From NCBI GenBank assembly GCA_036172245.1, contig JAYWIR010000007.1:4526001-4590000 (forward strand): a DNA stretch of 64,000 nt. Reading direction: 5' to 3'. The DNA comes from Raillietiella orientalis (taxonomy: Eukaryota). The first letter of the stretch is position 1. Every line of letters begins with the position of its first letter. The position numbers were made by a program, and so were the translations under genes. The notes under the pieces are model-generated. The model worked only from the letters and a program-made list of their open reading frames with translations. It was not told where the DNA came from and made no database searches. Of the stretch, positions 54,760 to 64,000 are shown piece by piece.

Positions 54760-55560
54760 AAACCTCCTCGAGGAGTGAACATCATCCGAACTCTGTCTGG
54801 GAGGTCAGGGGGAGGGAGAGGCGTCGGGGAATAAAAAGGGACCGGTCCGGGACCGAACGTGCTCGGAGGGCTGCCTCGCAAGAGACCCCAACCTAATCTC
54901 CCACCCCCCTTAGGCAGGCACACCTCGTGGAAGATCAGCGAGGGTCTGTGGCGACCTCCTCCCGAGGGGCAAAAGGACAGAGTGGCCAGGCGGGTACGGC
55001 GGCTGCGGGGGGACTTCCTGCAGCGATAAGGTGGAGGCGAAAGCTCGGAAAGCTTGGAGCCTGCTGCTCCACTTCGATCCCTTTGCGGAGGGAAGAACGG
55101 CAAGGCGAGCTTCCCGGGGGTCCTCTCGCGTTTGGGTGCTGGAGTCCTTTCGCAAACCCCGCGAGGAGAGCCGGGTCCTGAGTTGCTTCCCGTTTAGTCA
55201 CTAAACGGGAAGCAACTCTTCCTGCCTTGCTTCCCGTTTAGTCACTAAACGGGAAGCAACTCTTCCTGCCTTGATGCGGGAGCGGGAAGGGTCGGGCGGG
55301 GGAGGCACGGACATGGTGCCACTGTGGATGCTGTTTGAGTGGCGCGGTAGACAATGCACAGGGGCTGAGCGTGGACTAAGTGAAACAGGCTGAGCCAAGA
55401 GCTTAGGAGAATTCACAAGCTCTCCTCCGGAATTCCTGAGGAAGGGGAAAGGGACTTGGTCGACTCCCTGAGGGGAGGAGGCAGGCTCGGGTCGAAGTCC
55501 GTTGCTCCTCGATCTTCTGCAGATGCCAGCAAACGATGGTTGAGTGAGAAATCCAGGGAG
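54760..55560 (-). mobile_element. Degenerate non-LTR ORF2 fragments within a GC-rich island between SIK and RPAP1
   Basis: Minus strand has PFLRNSGGELVNSPKLLAQ (EN-RT linker-like) and GGGRHRPSLIFHEVCLPKGGGRLG (like VCLPK..GGLG). Confidence 0.45.
55180..55273. repeat. Exact 44-bp tandem duplication (55183-55226, 55227-55270) of a near-perfect palindrome
   Basis: Unit ttgcttcccgtttagtcactaaacgggaagcaactcttcctgcc occurs twice. The hairpin gagttgcttcccgtttag-tca-ctaaacgggaagcaactc lies at 55180-55218. Confidence 0.95.
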
Positions 55561-57799
55561 AGGCCAAGTGCTTCTTCCTGGATTCCTCACGCGACGCTGC
55601 AGGACATCGAGTCTCTTGGAGGATAAAGGAAGGGGAAGGAAGAGAGACCAAGAAGACCACTAAGAAAGAAAAGAGGCGACTTGAAGCTTCTGAAAGAGGC
55701 GATTCTTGGAAGCAGCGCATTCGCCTCCACAGTACAGCACTCTAGACGGGCAGGAGGTGTTTGCTGCAGTCTGAAGAATGGCAGTGGAGCTGCTCCTTTG
55801 TGCTCCCCAAGAATGGACGTGAAACGATAAAACGGGAACCAAAGGAACTTTTCAATTTGATTTTCTGCAAGAGTCTCCATCTCTTCTCCCAACCCTCCTT
55901 TACTCCCCAGTCTTAACCGGTCTCTGCAGCATCGCAAAGTCTGAACTGCACGCTTATTCTACCATCAGTCTGCGTCGAGTCATTTGCAGTGCGCAAGAAG
56001 GTATCCCCATCTACTGATGCTTGCTCGTTGGTCAGCGATCTTAAGAGTGCGAGGAAAGAAACGCGTTTTTTTCCGATCCTTTGAGTCCGAGGTTTTCCTC
56101 TCGGTCTCAGAATAACACGGCGTCCTCAAGTGCTGGGAGGATGCGAGGCACAACGGCATGTTGAGATCTCCCGGTTCAAGTGTGAGGCGCAACACTCATG
56201 TGCTTCTCAGGAGCTTACAATGAGATGGGATGTCTTATTGGTTTCCTGCAGCAAATGTCTCGCCGACTGACTTAGCATCACGCGAGGCAGCAGCGCCTAA
56301 GGCTGGTTTCCCAAATGGGAGCAATGGGGAAGAAGAAGAACCTCTCTCCGTTTCATTAGGTTCCGGAGAGCTAGCAAGAGATGCAAGTTTCACTTCTGGA
56401 GTGTGAAAATCGAAAACTCCGATCAGCACTTGCAACTGACAGAAGCTGAAATTGGATCGAGGTAATCTTCGAACAGAGATGAGTTGACAGTTTTTAGTCT
56501 CAGGTGCACCAAAGAATTAACGCACAGAGTTTAAAAATTCAAGTCGATTCAGAAAAGTGAACTTTGAAATTACCTTACAATAAACCAGAAAACTTCTGCG
56601 AATGTTTCGCTAGAATCAGAGGCCTTGAACTGCTTGCTTGATGTAAATACATATGTAAAAAAAACAAATACCGAGTTCAGCAAAAAGATTTGGAAAAAAT
56701 TATGTATCTTGGAAGCAGGGTATTCTTCAGAAAATTTGTACAGAAAAGAACGGTATTATCCCAGCCCTTAGCAATGTATATAAGAACAGTGTTACAATTC
56801 AAGACTAAGCATGCTACCTCAGTTCTCGTAAAAGAACTAGAGAAAGTTTCCATGCAAATCACAACGTATTTTTCAATGCTTTCAAGATTGATCAGTTTTT
56901 AATCGTGATGATACAAAGATAAAGGTGAGAGGAAAACATTTTCTAATGGTTGTGTTCCTTCAACAAGAATTGTTGAGTACAAGTACGTTTTCTTATATAA
57001 TGAGGCATCGTAGGATGGAGCTTGGCATCAAATAGATGCTCTCAAAGTTAGCTAGAATCTTGGAACATTAAGAAAGTAAATATGAATACTCTGTGGTAGT
57101 CACCATAATTGATGCTCAGGAGCGAAATCAACATGAATCCAAGATAATGCATTCTTTAAAGTCTTCAAGCCATGTAAGCACTTATGAAGGAAGAAAAGCG
57201 AGAGGAAACACGACATGATCAAACTCTTGCTTGGGAGTCTATAACTTTTTCGAATAGTATATGTTTTCAAAAACAATAGGAGAAGCAAATATGCAATAGA
57301 GAAAACAAAAAACCTACAGTTTGTTTTCAAATGATGCGACAACCTTAGAAAAGCACATATCTGTTTGCAAAATAAATGTCTCGAACGGGTCAAGGAAATT
57401 AAGTGTGAGTAAAAGCATGAGAATGCATTCGTGATCCAAATCAACGATTGTTTAGCTTGAGTTTTCGCGTCTTCATTTGAAAATTTCAGTTATTAAAAGG
57501 AGATCAAGCAGACCATCGAGCATCTGTTTATGGATTTCAAAGCTTCAAGAAATGCTTCTTTAAACGTACTTCGTGATAAGGGTGCAAAGTTCCGTGACAA
57601 AAGCACATTCCTTACTTTGAGTCGTTGCATACAGGTATGGTTGACAGTAAAAATGCTTAGAACGTGCAAGACAAAATGATGAAGAATAAAGCTCCATTAA
57701 CCAATGGATCACCAGTGTACGAATCCATTATGTACTTCCCTTGTCCCATTTCGAATGCAAAACATCTCCTAAGAGCTTGCTGTAGACTTTGGTATGCCT

Positions 57800-57970
57800 G
57801 CTGGGGTGCGTGTGGCGTCGTACTACACAATTGCGCGTTCGTCGACCGTGCGAAGAAAACAAAAAACAAAACAAAACAAGCGGGGTGGGGAGAGGGTGCT
57901 ACACAAGAATAGATGCTTACGGTTTGAGACCTATATAAGCTTCAAACGATATGAGCTCATATAAGCTTCC
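57800..57970. promoter_or_regulatory. Short CpG-rich patch, probable RPAP1 promoter region
   Basis: A local cluster of CpGs (gcgtgtggcgtcg...ttgcgcgttcgtcgaccgtgcg) in otherwise CpG-poor DNA just upstream of RPAP1, with the palindrome atatgagctcatat at 57949-57962. Confidence 0.35.
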
Positions 57971-58185
57971 AAGCCTGCCTGGTCATGTCCCTGGACATAT
58001 GTGGGCGCTCATAACTTTATAAACTGAAATTTTGTGGATTTTGGTTTACAATTTGTTATGGTCAGAGTTTCGTGGGATTTGTCTAAGTTCACTCGCCATG
58101 GAAATGACTGATTTGTTTTGATAAGTAACTGATAGAGATTCAGGAAGCACTTTTTGGCCTGTTTTAGGATTTTTAATGATTATCA

Positions 58186-61100
58186 ATGTCCTCCAACTAT
58201 GATGCCCTCTTCAAAAGGAAATCATCAGAAAGCAAACATAGGAAGGACAATGTCCTGTGGCACGTGGATACCAATTATGGTATAACATTGTATGATTATT
58301 TGATGCTTTCTTACTTTGCTCTTAAATAACAGGAAGTGTTTTGTAAGGAATGCACATGCAAATGTTGTAGATCACTTTTGATAATTCTGATTTTTATTCT
58401 TTCACAAGTTATTTTAATGTTAGCAGCTTATGAGGTTAGCTTCCCTTCTTTTGCAGATATATATCCTTTACTAGGAGAGGTTCTGGAGAAAAATGTTGAA
58501 ACATTTGATTTTAAAAATGTTGCCTCAGCCACACACCTAAACAATGAAGGATTTCCAAAGCCTATACTGATATCTCTAGAGCAAGTAAGAATTCAAAGTG
58601 GTTAAAAAAGTTTAAAGGTGCTGAATAAGTTTTGATGTTTGTTAGGTGTCTTCTAAGCCAGGATCACGTTCGAGTATTTTTTCTAAATGCTTTCATGCTT
58701 CTCAAAAAGAGCCTCTGAAATCATATGAAAATGCAAATTGGGCCTTTGGTAGTTCAAACTTGATCAGTGGATCAGGTCTTAGGGGTGGGGAAAGAGAAGC
58801 TCAGCAGATTCATGAAATGAATTTGAAAAAGTTAGAGAATATATCTGAGGTGGAAATTTTTGAAGAGCAACAGAAATTATTAACAACTGTAGATCCAACC
58901 ACACTTGCCTTCTTACGGAGCATCAACAATAAAAAAAGAAATGATCATCTGTTGGGTGTGAATCAGATGCTGAATGAAGCAGGAGTCCAAAAGACTTCAG
59001 ACACTGAAAACATTTCTCAAAATTCCGAAAATATCATAAAACAAGATCTTCCTTTGGAGGAACTACCTATACCACCATCAGATGCCAAGAAGTGGTTGCA
59101 TATGGATAATCTGGAAATTGACAAATTGAAGTGGCTTACCAATTTGCCTTCCATTGGTCTGCTTGAAACTCAAAATGGGTATCCTGCCCGATTTGACTTG
59201 AAAGGGAATTTGCTTCCTTTTTCTTTGGATGTGCCAACTCAGGAAGCATTGCATCATCATTTTGAGGAACCTGAGCGTGCTGGCTACACAGTGGAGGAAC
59301 AGCTACAACTAGTCCGTAGTGCTTTTCCTCAACAGCGGGCCTTAGCATTGCAAATGTTGGCAAATATCTTGCACAAGGTACATTTGCTAATGTTCTTACT
59401 TCATGGTTAACTGTTTTTCAGACCAAGCAAGGTCTGTTTGATGAATGCTTCCAGGAACCTCTCTTGTGTTTATTAGTGGATGCTGGCCTTGTCTTTTTTT
59501 TGAGGTTTGCTATTGATGAGAATTCACAGCAGATATTAGTACCAGCTTTACATGCCCTGCGTAATTTTCTTGTATGTGAACCAGATGAAGTATGAAAGAA
59601 TTAGATAGTAATTGAGTGTAGATAGTAATTTGTTGTAGCTATGCTTAGACTTTATCCTCAACTGGCCTACAGGATTGTTACAGCCATTGTTGCCAGTCCA
59701 CTGTGATGATGAACTACAAGAATTACTTCAGAAAGAAAATCATGAACTTAAAGATTTTCAAATTGCCAAGCTAGACATGATCCAAGCGGTGTTGCAGATG
59801 AATATTTTGCCTCGTATACGTTATATACTAGAAATCATTCGGCCACCTCCCCCAACTGCGTTACATTGCCTGGATATTCTAGTGCGCATTGCTCGCCATT
59901 CCAAAGAAGCAGCTAACTCCATCTTTGATTGTTCTGGCTTAATGGATACCATCTTGGAACATTTTCTTCCTTCTTGTAAAGGGACTCATTGTAAGTGACT
60001 GCAGCAAGTTGAATGAACTTTTGAATTCTCTTAGGCGAGAAGGATATTAAACAGATGACAGATGTATATAAACGACCCTTGAAATCTGCTGTTACTCTTC
60101 TCTGTGTGCTGGCTGCACACAGCAAATCACTAGCTTGCCAGCTACTTGAACGCTACTCTCTTTTAAAACTCATTCTACCATACTTGGCTTTTGACTGGCA
60201 ACAAATTCCAATTCCTCAAGGAGATGCTTTGTATCTTATTTTGCAAATTTATCATCTGTGGCGCTGTCTGCTTTCTTATGGTTTGACTTTGGATGACTTC
60301 TGTGGCTTCCAGCCTATACTGTTGCGTCAGTTAGTATATTTAAAAGCATCTCTAAACTGTGGAGATGCCCAACATCCTTCAGCAAAAAAGCTGACAGCTG
60401 CATTGTTAGGAGTGATTGGAGCAGCTGGTGGTTTTTCTAGCTAGTAAGGTTGTTTCACTTTTTTTTCTGATGGTGATGTCCAGAGCAGTCTTTCTAAGGA
60501 AACCTTACAAGGATTTGGACTTCTGATGCAGTCTATTACAGCTAAATGGGTAACACAGATAACTCAAACAGATTCACCAAGCTGTGCAGATCTGCTGATG
60601 CTTGGGACAGTCATGTCTACTTCCAGTGTGCTTTTATACCAATGGAAGAAACAGGTAAATTCTGCAGATAGTGCTTTAACAAGAATGTCAACCATTATGT
60701 TGATGCTGTAGAATGTGATTTGTTATTCCCAGAATGTCTTAGCATCCCTTTTTAAGAGTCCTGTTTTCATTCTGCTGTTGTCTCGTTTGAGGTTTGTTGA
60801 CATCCACTTAGTTTATGCAATATTTTTTTTTTTCTTTTGATAGAGATCATTCTGTGTTGCTTATTGCTTCTAATGTATATTCACGGGATCCCGCATCACT
60901 CCCTTCATTAAAGGCTGTCTTAAGAGGAGGACTTTTATGTCCTATTGTTCTTCCTGAATCACCTTTCAGTTTTTTGACCTCTTGTGTTCATTTGTTGACA
61001 TCCATGAGTAGCATGTATCCAGATGCTGTATGCCCATTTCTACAAGAAATATTGAGCCACTCTATTCTGTTGGCTTACCTGCATCATTTGGTGCAGAATG

Positions 61101-62452
61101 TGCACATGTTTACTACCTTGTGGTTCCAACGCATTGAGGTGGACTTTTTGTTAGAGTTGATCTCAGCTGCCATTGTGCTACAGAAAAGAGGACAGTTGGT
61201 GGACTTGGCAACATATCATAGAGTTGCTTTGTTATTGACCACCAGCTGTCAGAGTGGAATGGTGAAGGCTCTTGAAAATCTACTGAGCCAGGTGATCTTT
61301 GAGTGCCATTTTTTTGGATATCCAGCTAGCCTGCAGCTGACTCATTTGTGTTTGAATAATTTGGATCTGGAAATCCAAGTGAAATTGCTTGATGATGCCT
61401 GGAAAGCATTGCCTGCTATGCTGAATACATATCTCCCTCTGATTCCACGACACAATAAAAATACTCCTGTCCTTAGTGAGGATAGCTGCAAAGGAGCTTT
61501 GCTGCCCGTTGATTGGGTCTTTGCCCCTTTGCTGCCACTTTATAATGGTAAACAGCAACCCAGGTGAGAATTTTCATGAACATCTGGAATGGTACAATTG
61601 TTATGCTACAGTGATTCCAAGGTAGAGAAGTCTGTGATGGATGTCATCCAAAGTCTTCAGTGGATTTATCTTTGCACCTTCTGGCGAGCAGAATTTTTGT
61701 GTGCTATCTCCCCAGCCAGCCAGTTCTGTTGTCTGTGCTGCATTTTTCTAAGTGATGCTTCTCTGTTTTTGGAACCTCAAATACAAGTTTACCTGGGTGC
61801 CATTTTTTCGCAGTTGCTGTCTTCCAGTGGCTTTGAAGCATTAGATTTGCAAAACCATCATCCAGGAATCTCATCATTTCTGGACTTGTGAGTGCTGCAT
61901 TGTTTGTATTATCCCTAATCCTTAAATAGTTATAAGGCTCTCCTAGAGCAATATGAAGCAGCCTCTTATGGCGATCATTTGTTTGGAGTTGCCATTTTGG
62001 TGCCACAAGCAACATGCTATAACATAGAATACCGCTTCCTACTCTGGGAACAGTATACTGTCTGTTTGCGTCTAATAACCACACCAGTTGATAAACTACT
62101 TTTCCCTATAGCCAAGTTAACAGAACATGCAGAAACCAATGAAAAGCTTTTAATCTGCATGAGCAAAGCCCTTTTAGGAGGTGTGTAAATGTTTATTGGC
62201 TCATGCATCCATCTCTTTCCAAATTTATAGGCACCATCACAAAATTACGAAATCCAATACCATATGAAATAGCCACAAAACAAGTTCACCATTTTCTGCA
62301 TCATGTGCCTCTTTCTCCAGCAGCCAGCAGCCTGCGTATACATGTGGAAACATTGCAGAATAGAGTAATAATGAAAAAGAACCTTGATAAAAGTTTGAAT
62401 TCGGTTTTATTTTCAGGATTTGCGGGATGTGCTCCTTTCACCCTTGTGTTAG
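58186..62452 (+). CDS. RPAP1: RNA polymerase II-associated protein 1 (RPAP1/Rba50), 13 exons, ~1181 aa
   Basis: Exons 58186-58279 (tentative), 58457-58584, 58646-59377, 59422-59589, 59639-59990, 60035-60443, 60489-60654, 60712-60791, 60844-61563, 61612-61887, 61930-62180, 62231-62364 and 62417-62452 total 3546 nt in frame. RPAP1_N motif IHEMNLKKLENISEVEIFEEQQKLLTTVDPTTLAFLRS. RPAP1_C motif ARFDLKG...LHHHFEEPERAGYTVEEQLQLVRSAFPQQRALAL. C-terminal LEQYEAASYGDHLFG. Confidence 0.92.
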
Positions 62453-62480
62453 CAAAATATGTGCACTGTAATGTGGAATG

Positions 62481-63047
62481 TTATTTATGACTACTGATGA
62501 CAGGTACATTGCGAATAGTACGGGAATGTATCCTTGCATCAACGTCTTCACTTAGTGTTGCCATATGAGACTTCATTACTACCAGTTCTTCTTTCACTTC
62601 TTTAGCATGTTCTTCTAAAATACGGGTTTGCTGTGTGAGCTCCTCAAGTTCAATTGATAGCTGTTTGCTTCGAGCACATTCCTTGCGATACATATCCTCA
62701 TATAAAGTTAATCGATTACAGAGTTTTTCTGCTTCACTTTCTTTGTTTTTTAACAAGGTTTCCATGTTGCTTATACTTTTCTCCATTCTCTCGCATTCAC
62801 AGGTTACCTGGATGAGTTCAGCATCCAATTGTTCTGCATCTGCCCTCAGCTGCTTCATATCAGACTCATCACGTTCATTTATCTGAATGAATTCGCAGAC
62901 CAGTTTAGATAATTTGGTTATGTCATATTTGGTATCCTGCCTTTCTCCAGCACGGCAGCGCCTCATTAATAAAGCATCCTTGCATTCAAGGTGGTTGCTG
63001 CAAGAATATCCCATTGTGCAACCCAGGCATCTTTGAGCACAATCCAT
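62481..63047 (-). CDS. Uncharacterised coiled-coil protein (~188 aa) with a Cys/His-rich N-terminus
   Basis: Long open frame in AT-rich DNA (ORF track 62481-63158) with heptad-like E/K/L-rich sequence (KQLRADAEQLDAELIQ...KQLSIELEELTQQTRILEEHAKEVKEEL). An acceptor-like ttttcaaatcag lies just before the ATG at 63047. A minus-strand AATAAA sits at 62406-62411. The true start is uncertain. Confidence 0.7.
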   Translation of the reverse strand: MDCAQRCLGCTMGYSCSNHLECKDALLMRRCRAGERQDTKYDITKLSKLVCEFIQINERDESDMKQLRADAEQLDAELIQVTCECERMEKSISNMETLLKNKESEAEKLCNRLTLYEDMYRKECARSKQLSIELEELTQQTRILEEHAKEVKEELVVMKSHMATLSEDVDARIHSRTIRNVPVISSHK

Positions 63048-64000
63048 TGGAATTGACTGATTTGAAAAGTTAATGCTTTTTTGGTCAAAACAGAACGGGT
63101 CATTGATTTTTAGCACGTTGCGGCAGTGTTTGTTTCTTAGCAACACGATGGATTGCATTTCAAAGATTTTGCCCGATTTTCCTAGTTTTTTGGATTTTCG
63201 ACAAAGGCATTTTTACCCACATGAGGACCCATTGTGTGATGCCGTTGCACCATTTCTAAAACTGCGTGAACGAGGAACTGTAATGCCGAAGTTTTGAATG
63301 TATAGAATGAAACTTTTAGAATGTAGATAAGGTCCCATGTTCCAGGTGCTCGCCCATGTTTTTGCTAATAAAAAACTGCCGACGTTAATTCGCCTCATTA
63401 ACGGTTTCAGCAACGCTCCTTAACTGCGGGGAAAAAGTTGTGGTGAATTAAATGGAAACTTCCAAAAAGTGGACGACACTTTCCCATGTAGCAACGAGAC
63501 GGCGAGTATTTGCTTTCGTCGAGTGCCTCTGCCATACCCACGCGATGGTCTTTCCACATTCTCTCGTTTTTCTGCTACATCAAAGAGTAATCTCATTACT
63601 CTTGCATGAGTAATGAAAATCGCCAAAATCACTCGTGATCTTCTGTTTTTGGACTTGAAAAAAAAATGGATGCTTTCCCCTTGCATCTTGCCTTCGATAC
63701 CATCAAAAGTTTGAATGCATGGGACGCAAACCCGGCCTCCAGTTTATCATTATAAAATATTTCTGTCTCTTAATTATGCAGTTAGTGAGAATACGTTTGC
63801 ACGGGCCGTGAAGACCGATACATCCAGGAAAACGGCTCCACATCCTGGAAAGTTGGGGGAGGACGTGGGTGCCAGTACGATTGTGCGATTTGCCCGAATC
63901 CCTGACCGGACTAGTTGATGTATTTTGCCATTTCTTTCGATCTCAGTGCCTTTTTCATCGGAGCTGACGCATCAAACCGAGAATGGGCGTTTTTTTTGTT

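Noticed and set aside
55183..55270. Palindromic repeat resembling a CRISPR repeat
   Set aside because: Only two adjacent units, the inter-palindrome sequence is identical rather than a unique spacer, there are no cas genes, and the context is eukaryotic.
57100..57444. Hydrophobic minus-strand ORF as a membrane protein
   Set aside because: The F/L/I richness follows from the A-rich plus strand, and I could not build a consistent spliced model.

Overview
Eukaryotic (animal, probably protostome) genomic DNA from a genome with very short introns (mostly 40-60 nt); the species cannot be named from the sequence alone. There are two sharply different compartments. (1) About 1-48 kb is very GC- and CpG-rich and full of G/C homopolymers and microsatellites. 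It holds one recognisable gene, a SAM/Pointed-only protein closely resembling Drosophila Mae/Edl (~3.0-5.0 kb). The ~40 kb gene desert after it is, where I can read it, largely decayed Tx1/L1-like non-LTR retrotransposon fragments plus at least two unnamed dispersed repeat families. (2) About 48.6-64 kb is AT-rich, CpG-depleted and gene-dense. It holds a 15-exon SIK-family kinase (48662-53487, +, ~977 aa), a 13-exon RPAP1 orthologue (58186-62452, +, ~1181 aa, first exon tentative) and a convergent coiled-coil ORF (62481-63047, -) whose stop is only 28 nt from the RPAP1 stop. Most long ORFs in the GC-rich part are compositional artefacts. I saw no rRNA, tRNA or CRISPR array. No complete novel system is demonstrable. 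The best leads are the inverted CpG/GC architecture, a fossil repeat-protein family ending FLDS*, perfect 18-bp hairpin duplications and the Mae-like gene. All alignments and counts were made by eye.
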